This document shows positions 28,375 through 38,729 of a DNA stretch of 64,000 nucleotides, piece after piece. Every line of letters starts with the position of its first letter. Position 1 is the first letter of the stretch. The notes below the pieces were generated by a model. The model did not search any database. It saw only the letters and a list, made by a program, of their open reading frames with translations, and was not told where the DNA came from. The position numbers and the translations under genes are program-made. Source of the DNA: a virus (lineage: Duplodnaviria; Caudoviricetes); IMG/VR virus record IMGVR_UViG_2513237098_000002, positions 8,147 to 72,146 of that record. One strand, 5' to 3'.

Positions 28375-29949
28375 ATGCCGATCAGCTTTGCCAACATCCC
28401 TGCCAACATCAAGGTGCCGCTCTACTGGGTCGAGGTCGACCCGTCGATGGCCGGCCTGCCCTCGATCAATCTCCGCGCGCTGATGGTCGGCATCATGACC
28501 GCCGATGGCGACGCCACGCCCGACGTGCCGATTCCGATCGGCAGCCAGGCGCAGGCCGACATGCGGTTCGGCCAGGGCAGCGAACTGTCCCGCATGTTTC
28601 AGGCCTACTACGCCAACAACTTCGCCAACGAGGTCTGGGGCCTGCCGCTGGCAGAGCCGGTCGGCGCGGCGGCAGCATCCGGGACCATCACCGTAGTCAC
28701 GGCGCCGGCTGAGGCCGGCACCATTCATCTCTACATCGCCGGCACCCATGTGCCGGTTAATGTCACGCCGACCGACACGATCGATGTTATCGCCGCGGCG
28801 ATTGCTGCCGCGATCAATGAGGATGACACCTTGCCGGTCACGGCGGTGGCAGCTCCAGCGCCAGCCGCCACGGTCACCTTGACCGCGATGTGGAAGGGCA
28901 TTCTCACCAACGACATCACGGTGTCGCTGAACTATTACGGCGCCCGCGGTGGCGAGAAGCTGCCGCCCGGTCTTGAGATCACCCTGCCGACCGACGGTCT
29001 GTTGACCGGCGGCTCCGGCACGCCCGTGTTCGACGACGCCATCAACAACATGGGGGAGGAGCCGTTCGAATACGTGGCGATGCCCTACACCGACAGCTCG
29101 TCGCTGTTCGATTGGGACCAGGAGTTCGGCTTCACCGATGACGGCCGTTGGGGTTGGCAGCGCCAGCTGTTCGGCCACGTGTTCTCGGCCAAGCGCGGCA
29201 CCTACGCCGACCTGCTGTTGTTCGGTCAGCTGCACAACTCCGGCGTCGAATCGATCATGGCGTTCGAAGTGGCGTCACCGTCGCCATGCTTCGAATGGGC
29301 CGCCGCCTATGCCGCCAAGGCCCAGCGCGCCCTGGTCAATGATCCGGCCCGGCCGCTGCAGGCGCTGTCGTTCAACAAGATCAAGGCCGCCGGCATCCAC
29401 GAGCGGTTCAATTTCGCCGAGCTGAATTCGTTGGCCTCGAACGGTCTTGCGATCCAGAAAATCGGCGCCGACAAGCAGCCGATGATCGCCCGAGAGCAAA
29501 CCACCTATCAGTGGAATCTCTACGGTCAGACCGACGATGCCTACGAGCTGGTGACCACTTTGGCGACGCTGGCCAAGCTGCTGCGCAACCAGCGCCACGC
29601 CATCACCTCGAAATTCCCGAGGCATAAGCTTGCCAATGACGGCACGCGGTTTGGACCCGGCCAGGCCATCGTCACGCCTGGCATCATCAAGGGCGAGCTG
29701 ATCGCGCAATATCAGCAGGATATGTGGAGCGGCCTGGTCGAAGATCTGCGCAACTTCAAACGGCACCTGCTGGTGGAGCGCGATCCGGACAATCCGAACC
29801 GCGTCAACGTGCTGTATCCGCCGGACCTCATCAACCAGCTGCGCATCTTCGCCGTGCTGGCGCAGTTCCGCCTGCAGTACGACCGCGGCATCGACAACGT
29901 CATCATCGGCCAGAACCAGCCGCCCTACAACGCCGCGTCGAACGCATAA
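28375..29949 (+). CDS. Contractile tail sheath, Mu gpL-like
   Basis: MPISFANIPANIKVPL, FGQGSELSRM, DPARPLQ, LINQLRIFA. Confidence 0.95.
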   Translation: MPISFANIPANIKVPLYWVEVDPSMAGLPSINLRALMVGIMTADGDATPDVPIPIGSQAQADMRFGQGSELSRMFQAYYANNFANEVWGLPLAEPVGAAAASGTITVVTAPAEAGTIHLYIAGTHVPVNVTPTDTIDVIAAAIAAAINEDDTLPVTAVAAPAPAATVTLTAMWKGILTNDITVSLNYYGARGGEKLPPGLEITLPTDGLLTGGSGTPVFDDAINNMGEEPFEYVAMPYTDSSSLFDWDQEFGFTDDGRWGWQRQLFGHVFSAKRGTYADLLLFGQLHNSGVESIMAFEVASPSPCFEWAAAYAAKAQRALVNDPARPLQALSFNKIKAAGIHERFNFAELNSLASNGLAIQKIGADKQPMIAREQTTYQWNLYGQTDDAYELVTTLATLAKLLRNQRHAITSKFPRHKLANDGTRFGPGQAIVTPGIIKGELIAQYQQDMWSGLVEDLRNFKRHLLVERDPDNPNRVNVLYPPDLINQLRIFAVLAQFRLQYDRGIDNVIIGQNQPPYNAASNA

Positions 29950-29965
29950 CCATTAGGAGGGAAAC

Positions 29966-30331
29966 ATGGCACAGAGAATTGCGGGCATCGCCTTCCTGAC
30001 GGTGGACGGCGTGCAAATGGCAGTGCGCGGCAACTTCACGGTCAGTCCGTCACCGGTCGAACGCACGATGATCGCGGGACAGGACGGCGTGCACGGCTAT
30101 CAGGAATTGCCGCGCGTGCCCTACATCGAAGCCGATCTCTCGACCATGCCAGGCTTCTATCTGGAAGACCTGATGGACGAGACCGACGTCACCGTGGTGG
30201 CGCAGCTCGCCAACCACATGCAGTACACGCTGATCGCGGCCACCTGCAAGGGCGGGTTCGAGAACAACACCCGCGACGGCCAGGTGCGGGTGCGCTGGGA
30301 AGGCGTCACCTGTGAGGAGGTCAGCATATGA
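29966..30331 (+). CDS. Tail tube protein, Mu gpM-like
   Basis: RIAGIAFLTVDG, GQDGVHGYQE, VRWEG. Confidence 0.92.
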   Translation: MAQRIAGIAFLTVDGVQMAVRGNFTVSPSPVERTMIAGQDGVHGYQELPRVPYIEADLSTMPGFYLEDLMDETDVTVVAQLANHMQYTLIAATCKGGFENNTRDGQVRVRWEGVTCEEVSI

Positions 30332-30798
30332 ACGTTAGCCCGAAGCGCGAAGGCTTCATCAACGACGAGGGCGACAATCGGATCGCGCGTCCGATGGTCG
30401 ACGTCACGCCGGAGAAGCCGGCGGCCGAGAGGAAGTCGCGCCCCGTCCAGGAGCCGGCGATCGAGCCATCGCCGGCCGAGCAGGATCCGGGGTCGACCGA
30501 GCTAGAATGGCCGATCACCGTCAAGCTGCTGCACAAGCCGATCCGCAACAACAAAGGCGAGAAGATCCGCGAGATCACCCTGCGGGAGCCGCGCGCCGCC
30601 GACATCAACCGCTATGGCAATCCGGTGCGGATCGACCAGGAGGGCGAGGTGCGGATCGAGGAGCGCAAGATGACCTTCATCATCGCCGCGCTGTCCGACA
30701 TCCTGCCGCCGTTCATCGAGGACATGCATCCACGGGATTGGAACAGCGTGGCGTTTCGCCTGCAGCGTTTTTTTCTTCCCGATCCAGCGGCTTGGTAG
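30328..30798 (+). CDS. Tail assembly chaperone (Mu gp41/P2 E-like)
   Basis: ITLREPRAAD, MHPRDW; position. Confidence 0.85.
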   Translation: MNVSPKREGFINDEGDNRIARPMVDVTPEKPAAERKSRPVQEPAIEPSPAEQDPGSTELEWPITVKLLHKPIRNNKGEKIREITLREPRAADINRYGNPVRIDQEGEVRIEERKMTFIIAALSDILPPFIEDMHPRDWNSVAFRLQRFFLPDPAAW

Positions 30799-30962
30799 GC
30801 AGCGAGGACGACGTCATCCTCGACTGCTATCGGCTGGCGCGCTGGTACCACGTCAACCCCGACATCTTCCTGTCCATGCCACTGACTGAGGTCGCGACGC
30901 ATCTGCATCGCACGGCGCAACTCGATCGCGAACAGCAGCAGGCCAAGAGTGAAGACGACTAA
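30768..30962 (+). other. -1 frameshift site T TTT TTT and extended chaperone frame (GT/E' analogue)
   Basis: CGT TTT TTT CTT; the -1 frame is open to 30962 (LARWYHVNP...MPL). Confidence 0.75.
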
Positions 30963-33877
30963 TGCCAACGGAAGAGGAAGAGCTACGCTTAACCGTTAGC
31001 CTCGTCGACAATGCGTCGGCGGGGATCGCGAAGCTGCGCGAGGAAATGCAGAGCCTCGGCGGCGGCGCGACCGCGCAGGGCGTGGAGAAGTTCAAGCGCG
31101 AACAGAGTGCGCTGCAGGAATCCGCCAAGGGGCTCGAGGGCGAGGTTTCTAACCTAGCCGGCGGGCTCGCCAACATGGGCAAGGTCTCCGCCACCACGGC
31201 CTTGGGCGTTACGGCGCTCGGTTATGCGTTCTACAAAGGAGTCGGCTTTGTAAAGGACTGGGCGGCTAGCCTGCGCGAAATTCAGCAGGTAAGCCGCGCC
31301 ATCGGTGTCGGCGGCTCTCACATCAAGAACATGATCGAGCAGTTCGGCGCGGTTGGCGTCAGCGCCGAGACGGTGGTGTCCAACATCGCCAAGATGTCCG
31401 ACACCATCGCGGAGGTCGGGAGAGCGGGCAGCCAGCTCAAGGACGAGATGATCCGGAATGCCGGCGTTGCCGGATCAGGTGCTGCTCAAGCCATGAAGGA
31501 GCTGCTCGAGCAGCTGCCGAAACTGGATTCTGCGGAAAAGCAATATACCGCCATCGCGCAGGCGCGACATAACATCATTCTCAATTTGATGCGCGACCAA
31601 GGGAAGTCGCTGCAGGAAGCGACCTCGATCGCGAATAAGTGGGCAGCGCCGTTCCTGGACAAGAGCCTGCTCGGCGCGCTCGAAGCAGTCAAGGAGCAGA
31701 CCGACGCCTGGTACAAAGCCGAAGAACGGCGGATGCAATTGGGGACCGAGTTTTCCAACCAGCTCGGTGAAATGGCCCAGACGTGGTCGTCGATCAGCGA
31801 CATCATCAAGACGTTGCCGCTGCCGGCGCTGACCGAAGGATTGAAGGTCATCAATCAAGACCTCAGGGATATCCTCTCGGTATTCCAGGCGATCGAAAAA
31901 GTCGTCATTTTCATCGAGGAGACATGGGCGAAAGTTACACAAACGAAGCCGGATGAGGCGAAACGGAATATTCAGGAACGGTTCGGTCGGTTTGGTCTGG
32001 GCGTTACACCAGAGCAGCAGGAGCAACTGAGGCAACAGCAAGGTCAGCAAAAGCAGGCCGACGAACAAAAGCAATCGATCGACGACAATAAGAAGGCGAC
32101 CGAAGAAAATACCGGGGCGCTGAATTCGATCGGCAATATGTTCAAGGGGCTGTTCCATCGATCGGCCTATGGCGGTATCGGCGCTGGCGGCGAAGGTTAC
32201 GGTGGCATGGTGCAACGGGCTTCGTTGACCGGCGCCAACAATGCGCTGGTACAGCAGGCATCGTTCCGAGACATGGTGCAGCAAGCCGCCTTCACGCCCG
32301 GCGGTGGCTTGGGACGGACGCCGGGCGGCGCGCCGATGTTCGGCGGTGGTGGTGGCAGTTGGGGCGGCGGTGGTGGTGCCGCCGACTACAGCGGCGCGGG
32401 CGGCGTCGTCGGTGGTGGGGCCTTTGGCTATAGCGGCGACGCGCAGGGCGGCGCTGGTGCGTTTCCATCCGCTCCCGGAGGCGGTGGCGCCGGGGCGGCC
32501 GATGGCAGCGGCGGCACGCCGAACGGCAGCAGCGTCGGCCCCGGCCAATCCGCCGCGGGCAATGCAGCCTCCGGCAACGGTGAGGTCGGACCGGCGGCGG
32601 CGCTGGCCTTTGCGCGACAGCATCTCGGCGAAGACGAAATCAAAGATCAGACCAAGCTGAGCGGCTTTTTCCGCGAGCAGGGCATCAAGGTCAATCCGGC
32701 AACCACCGCATGGTGCGCGGCCTTCGTCAACGCCAATCTCAAACAGGCCGGCCTCAAGGGTTCTGGCTCGCTGGTCGCGACGAGTTTCTTGAACTACGGC
32801 TCGGCGGTCAAATCAGGGGACGTGCAGGCGGGCGACATTGGCGTATTGGCGCGGGGCCGCCGCGCCGGTCAAACCGGCGGCCATGTTGGTTTTCTCACGG
32901 GCAACACGCGGAAAAATCCGCGAACCGGTGAACTGGAAGTGGAGATGCTCGGCGGCAACCAAGGTGGCACCGCCTCCGGACGTGGCGGCGTCTCAACTCA
33001 GTGGCGGCCGGCATCGCAGGTAACGGTGCGCCGCCCGGACTATACGCCCAACGGGCAGACCGCCGGTCCCGGCACCGGCAAGGGCGCGGGCGAAACACCG
33101 GCCCCGGCCGATGGTGCACAGGCTGCCGGCGGGTTGACGGCAAATCCGCATGATCCAAGCGACAAGAGCATTCCAGCTTCGATCCGCAATGCCAATGTCG
33201 GGGCTTCATGGCCGCGTGCTGCAGATGCAAAGTATGGCGGCAGCGTTGGCGTGCTCGGCGATCCCGCCAACAAGATCGGGAAATTTTCGACCGTTGAAGG
33301 CGGCATGGCCTCCAACATGGAATTGCTGGCACAAAAATATCAGGGAATGACGGTCTCCTCGGCAATCTCTAAATGGAGCGGAAGTCATCGGTCTCGCGTC
33401 CCCGGATTTGCACCGGGAGAGACGGTCACGGCGGACATTCTCAACGATCCGGAAAAACGCCGCGCATGGTTTCACGCGCTGGCGAAAGCCGAGGCTGGCA
33501 AGGATTGGGTCAGCGACGAGCAGATCGATCGCGCCTACGACATCTACAAGGCCGGCGGGATCAAGCAGTGGCAGGCTCAAAGAGAAGGGGCTGGCGCAAC
33601 AGCGTCCTTACCGGGTGGCAGCTCTCAGAGCGCTTTCCGCAGCGGCGGTGGCTATAGCGTTCTCGCCGAAGACCGCCAGCAGATCGACAAATCGCAGGCC
33701 GCATCCACCAAGGTCGAGGGCAGCGGCAAGATCCGCGTCGATGTCAACGCGCCGAAGGGCACCAAGGTCGGCGCCGAAGGCGGCGGCCTATTCAAGGACG
33801 TCGAGGTCAACCGACAGACCCAGATGGAGCCGGCGCGACGTTCGGCGCAGGCCGCCGACGAACCGATGAACATCTAA
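30962..33877 (+). CDS. Tape measure protein with TIGR02594-like Cys peptidase and lysozyme-like domains
   Basis: Helical N-terminus; Gly-rich linker; AWCAAFV...GHVGF; RNANVG...FSTVEGG...ISKWS. Confidence 0.8.
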   Translation: MPTEEEELRLTVSLVDNASAGIAKLREEMQSLGGGATAQGVEKFKREQSALQESAKGLEGEVSNLAGGLANMGKVSATTALGVTALGYAFYKGVGFVKDWAASLREIQQVSRAIGVGGSHIKNMIEQFGAVGVSAETVVSNIAKMSDTIAEVGRAGSQLKDEMIRNAGVAGSGAAQAMKELLEQLPKLDSAEKQYTAIAQARHNIILNLMRDQGKSLQEATSIANKWAAPFLDKSLLGALEAVKEQTDAWYKAEERRMQLGTEFSNQLGEMAQTWSSISDIIKTLPLPALTEGLKVINQDLRDILSVFQAIEKVVIFIEETWAKVTQTKPDEAKRNIQERFGRFGLGVTPEQQEQLRQQQGQQKQADEQKQSIDDNKKATEENTGALNSIGNMFKGLFHRSAYGGIGAGGEGYGGMVQRASLTGANNALVQQASFRDMVQQAAFTPGGGLGRTPGGAPMFGGGGGSWGGGGGAADYSGAGGVVGGGAFGYSGDAQGGAGAFPSAPGGGGAGAADGSGGTPNGSSVGPGQSAAGNAASGNGEVGPAAALAFARQHLGEDEIKDQTKLSGFFREQGIKVNPATTAWCAAFVNANLKQAGLKGSGSLVATSFLNYGSAVKSGDVQAGDIGVLARGRRAGQTGGHVGFLTGNTRKNPRTGELEVEMLGGNQGGTASGRGGVSTQWRPASQVTVRRPDYTPNGQTAGPGTGKGAGETPAPADGAQAAGGLTANPHDPSDKSIPASIRNANVGASWPRAADAKYGGSVGVLGDPANKIGKFSTVEGGMASNMELLAQKYQGMTVSSAISKWSGSHRSRVPGFAPGETVTADILNDPEKRRAWFHALAKAEAGKDWVSDEQIDRAYDIYKAGGIKQWQAQREGAGATASLPGGSSQSAFRSGGGYSVLAEDRQQIDKSQAASTKVEGSGKIRVDVNAPKGTKVGAEGGGLFKDVEVNRQTQMEPARRSAQAADEPMNI

Positions 33878-33888
33878 AGAGGAAAACG

Positions 33889-34434
33889 ATGGCAACGGTG
33901 TTCGACCTGCCAACGGCGTGGCGCGATCGGTTGATGCAGGCGTCGTTCCGCAACGCGCGCTTTCACTGCGAGGTCAACAGCCAGGAGAGCGGCCGGCGCA
34001 TCGTCGAGCACGAGTTTCCGAAGAAAGAGCTGCCTTACGCCGAGGACATGGGCCGCGTCGCGCGCGCGTTCACGCTACGCGGCTACTGCATCGTCTATCC
34101 CTACGACGACGAAGCCAACGACATCCTGTACCGCCGCAACTACCAGCTGGCGCGCAACCGCTTGATCCTCGCGCTCGAGGAGGAAGGCCCGGGCCGGCTG
34201 CGGCTGCCGACCCTCGGCGACAAGATTGTTGTCTGTCCGCGCTACCGGGTCACCGAGGAAGAGCGCTTCGGCGGCTTTTGCGTGTTCGACATGACCTTCC
34301 AAGAGCAGGGGATCGATCCGGCGCTGTGGGTGCCGATCGTCGACACCGCGGGCGCCCTAATGAATGAAAGCCGGAACATGCGCAACGAGGCGCAACGTGT
34401 GCTCGCCAATCCGCCAGCCGAGATCAATGCATGA
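33889..34434 (+). CDS. DNA circularisation protein N-terminal domain (Mu gpN-like)
   Basis: ASFRNARF, GRRIVEHEFP, EDMGR, GPGRLRLP. Confidence 0.9.
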   Translation: MATVFDLPTAWRDRLMQASFRNARFHCEVNSQESGRRIVEHEFPKKELPYAEDMGRVARAFTLRGYCIVYPYDDEANDILYRRNYQLARNRLILALEEEGPGRLRLPTLGDKIVVCPRYRVTEEERFGGFCVFDMTFQEQGIDPALWVPIVDTAGALMNESRNMRNEAQRVLANPPAEINA

Positions 34435-35099
34435 AACGGCAGGACGCGATCGAAGCCGCCGGCATCGTCGATCGCATGCTGGCGAATTTGATCGCGACCG
34501 TGCCGTCGAAAGGCCGCGCCTGCTCGCAGGCCCGCACCACGATCGGCGACACCCGGGCCAACGCCTTCAAGCTGCTGATCGAGGACGCGATCGGGCCGCC
34601 GCTCGACGCCTGCTTCGATGAGGCCAGGTTGGCCGGCACGACATTGCAACAGATCGAAAGTGTGCGGCGGCAGCTCGATGCCGAGATCACGACGACGTTG
34701 GGCGGCATCCTGGTGAAGAATGCCAGCGTACGGTTCTGCCTCGCCACTTCCGGCGCGATCATCGCGACAATGGATTTCGTCAGCCGGCAGGACGTCGCCC
34801 AGCGGAAGAGCGAGATGTCGCAGCCCTTCGCCGAGGCCGCCGAGATCGCCGCCGACGACATGGACTCGATGAGCTACCAGGCGCTGGTGAGGCTTCATGC
34901 CGCGATCACCAACCACCTGGTCGAGACCGCGCGCCCCTTGCCCAGGATGCTCAACTATCAGTTTGCCGATGTGCTGCCGTCGCTGGTGCTGGCCTATCGG
35001 CTCTATGACGACGCCTCGCGCGCCGACGAAGTCCGCGAGGAAAACAAAATCGTGCACCCCGCGTTCTGTCCAATACAAGGCCAGGCGTTATCGCAATGA
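34431..35099 (+). CDS. gpN C-terminal-like protein
   Basis: PSLVLAYRLYDDASRADE...HPAF. Confidence 0.8.
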   Translation: MKRQDAIEAAGIVDRMLANLIATVPSKGRACSQARTTIGDTRANAFKLLIEDAIGPPLDACFDEARLAGTTLQQIESVRRQLDAEITTTLGGILVKNASVRFCLATSGAIIATMDFVSRQDVAQRKSEMSQPFAEAAEIAADDMDSMSYQALVRLHAAITNHLVETARPLPRMLNYQFADVLPSLVLAYRLYDDASRADEVREENKIVHPAFCPIQGQALSQ

Positions 35100-35119
35100 C
35101 CCCACGCGAGCGCTGATCC

Positions 35120-36259
35120 ATGCCGAGGCCGCAGGAAGTCGCGCAGCTGGCGGTCGCCGGCAACATCTTCGAAGATTGGGAAACCGTCGAGGTGTGGAGC
35201 GATTGGGCGGAATCTTTCAGCCACTTTCGGTTCACTGCGGCCGAGCGCGATACCCTGGTGACGACCGCACGCGGCAAGGTGCCGTTATGGACCCGGCTGC
35301 AATTCAAGCCGGATGATCCCTGTACCATCCTGCTCGCCGGCCGGCTCGCGATCACCGGCTTCATCGAGACCCGGCAGGTCGCCTACGACGCGCATCAGCA
35401 CGGCGTGATGCTGATCGGCAAGAGCCTGACCGCCAATGCGGCGAAATCCAGCGTCGACACCAAGACCGGTAATTTCGACAACAAGAATATCGTCCAGGTC
35501 GCGCAGGAAGTGGTCGCGCCCTACGGCGTCGGCATCAAGGTGATCGGCGCGCCAGATCTGACGCCGTTCCCGAAACTGCAGAACAGTCCCGGCGAGCTGG
35601 TGTGGGATTTCCTCGAGCGCATCGCGCGCCCGCGCGGCGTGGTGATGGGCTCGGATGCCCACGGCAATTTCCTCTTGATCGGCGAGCACACCGGCCAAGT
35701 CGTCACCGAACTGGTCGAGGGGATCAACATCAAGTCGTGCCAGTGCATCATCAATCATGAGCACGTCTACACCGAGCACGACGTGCGGGGCCAACACGCC
35801 GCCAGCGACGACAACTCCGGCACCAAGGCCAGCGAGCTGAAATGCATCGCCAAGGGCATGTCGGGCGCGATGTTCTCGAAACTGATCACGCCGGCCGAAC
35901 AGCCGGTGAAGACCCAGGCCGAAGTTTGTAACCGCGCCAGGTACGAGGCGATCTGGCACAACGGCACCAACGTCACTGCGACGATCACGGTGTACGGCTG
36001 GCTGCGCGATGAGCAGGCGCTATGGGCGCCAGGCGATGACGTCCACGTCTATTCGCCGATGGCGATGCTGGACATGCCGATGAAGATCCAGCGCGTCACC
36101 TTCACCCAGGACAGCCAAAGCGGCACGCAGACCAAGCTCGATCTGGTCGCGCCCTGGCTGTTGCGCGATAGCCTCGGCTGGGATGTGCGTCATCCCAACC
36201 AGCCCGGCGGCCAGATCATCAACGAAGCGACGCCATCGGCGATACAGACATCAGCATAA
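35120..36259 (+). CDS. Baseplate hub, Mu gpP-like
   Basis: FEDWETV, GFIET, PGELVWDFLER, WAPG. Confidence 0.88.
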   Translation: MPRPQEVAQLAVAGNIFEDWETVEVWSDWAESFSHFRFTAAERDTLVTTARGKVPLWTRLQFKPDDPCTILLAGRLAITGFIETRQVAYDAHQHGVMLIGKSLTANAAKSSVDTKTGNFDNKNIVQVAQEVVAPYGVGIKVIGAPDLTPFPKLQNSPGELVWDFLERIARPRGVVMGSDAHGNFLLIGEHTGQVVTELVEGINIKSCQCIINHEHVYTEHDVRGQHAASDDNSGTKASELKCIAKGMSGAMFSKLITPAEQPVKTQAEVCNRARYEAIWHNGTNVTATITVYGWLRDEQALWAPGDDVHVYSPMAMLDMPMKIQRVTFTQDSQSGTQTKLDLVAPWLLRDSLGWDVRHPNQPGGQIINEATPSAIQTSA

Positions 36260-36270
36260 CGGAGTTACCC

Positions 36271-37080
36271 ATGCACCGTGCCACACCGCTCAATTCATCG
36301 TTCGTCGGCTACGTGTCCGGCGGCGCCCGCAGCGTCGTCGACAAGGTCGATGACACCAAGCTGATGCAGGAGATGGGCGGCAACTTCATGGCCAACGAAA
36401 CCCGGCAGGCGATCGAGGCCGCGCAGAACTACGGCTTCTCGTCGGTGACGTTCGATGCCGAGAAAGACCAGATGGGCAAGATCATCGGTAGCGCCGAAAC
36501 CTTCGTGAACTTCAACGGGGGCAATCGGTCGTTCCCGTCTGCGGGTACGATCGACGATCGCCGCCACCGGATGTTCAAGCTGGAGAAGGGCGACACCGCG
36601 ATGTTTCGCGGGCGCGGCGACAAGCAGCAATTCCACATGACCAAGGACGGCGGCTTCTGGACTGCACCGCAGGACAAGACCGTGCGCATGCATTTGCTCG
36701 AAAAGGACAGCGAGAGCAATGACAGCGTGCAGCAGCAGAGTGATGAAGAGATCGCCGAGCTGGCCAAGCGTGGCGTATTTGTCAGGCCGCTCGCCGAGGG
36801 CGGCCAGGAATCCACCACCGAGGATGGCAAGAAGCAGAAACGCGGCCAGGAAGCGCTCTACAAGGACGGTCAGAAATCGAAGATGTTTGTCGAAGTCACC
36901 AAGGACAAGACGCGGATGGGTGGCAAGACCTGCCACATGGCGCTCGACGACGGCAACACCTACGTCCATGCTCATTCCGACAAGAACGTCTATCTCGGCG
37001 CCGAAGCCGGCAAGGGCACGTTTTCGATGCTGGTGACGCTCGATGGCCCGTGCGTCAACAGCAAGGGCAAGATCGGCTGA
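36271..37080 (+). CDS. Baseplate spike, Mu gp45-like
   Basis: VDDTKLMQ, QNYGFSS, DDRRHR, GDTA. Confidence 0.85.
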   Translation: MHRATPLNSSFVGYVSGGARSVVDKVDDTKLMQEMGGNFMANETRQAIEAAQNYGFSSVTFDAEKDQMGKIIGSAETFVNFNGGNRSFPSAGTIDDRRHRMFKLEKGDTAMFRGRGDKQQFHMTKDGGFWTAPQDKTVRMHLLEKDSESNDSVQQQSDEEIAELAKRGVFVRPLAEGGQESTTEDGKKQKRGQEALYKDGQKSKMFVEVTKDKTRMGGKTCHMALDDGNTYVHAHSDKNVYLGAEAGKGTFSMLVTLDGPCVNSKGKIG

Positions 37081-37084
37081 GCCG

Positions 37085-37606
37085 ATGGCCGGCGAGATCA
37101 ATGTCCCTGACATCCGGCTGGTCCAGAACAACGTCTTTCCGAAATACTCGGTCACGGTTGACTGGTCGTTGCTGCCGAACGGCACGCTGGACGATCGCCA
37201 GGCGCTGGCGACCGCGGTGATCGTCGCGCTTGGCACCGACGCGCTGGCCGACAAGGACGACATCCTGCCCGATCCGGATTCCACCAACCGCTGCGGCTGG
37301 TGGGGCGACCTCGACGCCGAGCTGATCTGGAAGGGCTGGCCGATCGGCTCCAAGCTCTGGCTGTTGCGGCGGGCCAAGATCAACTCTGCCGCCTCGCGCG
37401 AAGGGGCGACGCTGGTGCTGGTCGAGGAATACATCCGCGACGCCATCCAGCCGTTCGTCGATCGCAGGATTTGCACCGGCTTCGATGTCTGGGCGACGCG
37501 GGTCGACAAGCAGCGCATCGACGCACTGATCCGGATCTATCGCGGCCCGGAACGCGAGATCGAGCTGCGCTACGCCGTGCTGTGGGACGCATTAGCGGGG
37601 TCATAG
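37085..37606 (+). CDS. Baseplate wedge, Mu gp46-like
   Basis: LATAVIVALGTD, GWWGD, GSKLWLLRR. Confidence 0.9.
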   Translation: MAGEINVPDIRLVQNNVFPKYSVTVDWSLLPNGTLDDRQALATAVIVALGTDALADKDDILPDPDSTNRCGWWGDLDAELIWKGWPIGSKLWLLRRAKINSAASREGATLVLVEEYIRDAIQPFVDRRICTGFDVWATRVDKQRIDALIRIYRGPEREIELRYAVLWDALAGS

Positions 37607-38719
37607 ATGCCTTGGGAAACACCGGCCCTGCGCGAGGTGCGAAGCCTCGTGCGGGACAGCATCCGCGTGTCGCTGCCTGGCGCCGACGCCAACGTGCCCA
37701 ACAGCGTGCTGCGGGTGCTGTCGGACAACCAGGGCGCGCTGTGCCATCTGACCCTGCAATACATCGACTGGCTGGCGCGGCAGCTATTGCCCGACACCGC
37801 CGAGACCGAATGGCTCGATCGCCACGGCCAGATCTGGCTGGTCAACGCCGACGGCTCCAAGGGTCGGAAGATGGCGACGCTGGCCTATGGCACCGCGCGC
37901 TTTGTCGGTGACGGCGCCGTGATCCCGGCTCACACCCAGATGCAAAGCGGCGTCGCCATGCCGCCCGGATCGGACTCGCCGTACAACGTGGTGACGTTCG
38001 AGACCTTGGAGGACATCGAGACCTCGAGTGGCGGCGTCAACGGCAGCATCCGGGCACTCGATCCTGGCTCGTACGGCAATCTGCCGGCCGACAGCGCGCT
38101 GGCGATTTATCCGCCGGTCCCCGGCGTCGAGACCATCGCCACCGTGGTCGGGATGACCGGCGGCACCGACACCGAGACCGACGAGCAATTGCGCGACCGG
38201 ATCCTGCGCCGGATCCAGAAGCCGCCGATGGGCGGCGCGGTGCATGATTACGAAGCCTGGGCGCTGGCGGTGCCAGGCGTGACCCGGGCCTGGGCCGCGG
38301 TCGAGATGGGCATCGGTACCATGACGGTGCGCTTCCTGATGGACGATCTGCGCGCCGACAATGACGGCTGGCCGGAGCAACAGGACATCCACGCGGTCGC
38401 CGGCTACATCGACAAGATGCGGCCGGTCACGGTCGAGGATTGCTTCGTGCTGGCGCCGATCAAGCAGTTCCTGGACATCACGATCGCCGAGCTGGTGCCC
38501 GACACCGAGGAAGCCAGGGCGGAGATCGAGGCCAGCGTCAGCGAAATGCTGAAGCTTCAGGCCGCGCCAGGCCAGACCATCTACGCCGCCTGGATCAGCT
38601 ACGCCATCATGAATGCGCCGAGCGTGCAGTCGTTCCGACTGGTGACCGACGACGATTTTGTCATGCAATCAGTGGGGCACATGGCGGTGCTGGAGAACAT
38701 CATTTACGAGCAGCCATGA
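37607..38719 (+). CDS. Baseplate J-like protein (Mu gp47)
   Basis: QLLPDTAE, GGTDTETD, PPMGGA, DYEAWA, VPGVTRAW. Confidence 0.92.
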   Translation: MPWETPALREVRSLVRDSIRVSLPGADANVPNSVLRVLSDNQGALCHLTLQYIDWLARQLLPDTAETEWLDRHGQIWLVNADGSKGRKMATLAYGTARFVGDGAVIPAHTQMQSGVAMPPGSDSPYNVVTFETLEDIETSSGGVNGSIRALDPGSYGNLPADSALAIYPPVPGVETIATVVGMTGGTDTETDEQLRDRILRRIQKPPMGGAVHDYEAWALAVPGVTRAWAAVEMGIGTMTVRFLMDDLRADNDGWPEQQDIHAVAGYIDKMRPVTVEDCFVLAPIKQFLDITIAELVPDTEEARAEIEASVSEMLKLQAAPGQTIYAAWISYAIMNAPSVQSFRLVTDDDFVMQSVGHMAVLENIIYEQP

Positions 38720-38729
38720 GAGTGCGCCG

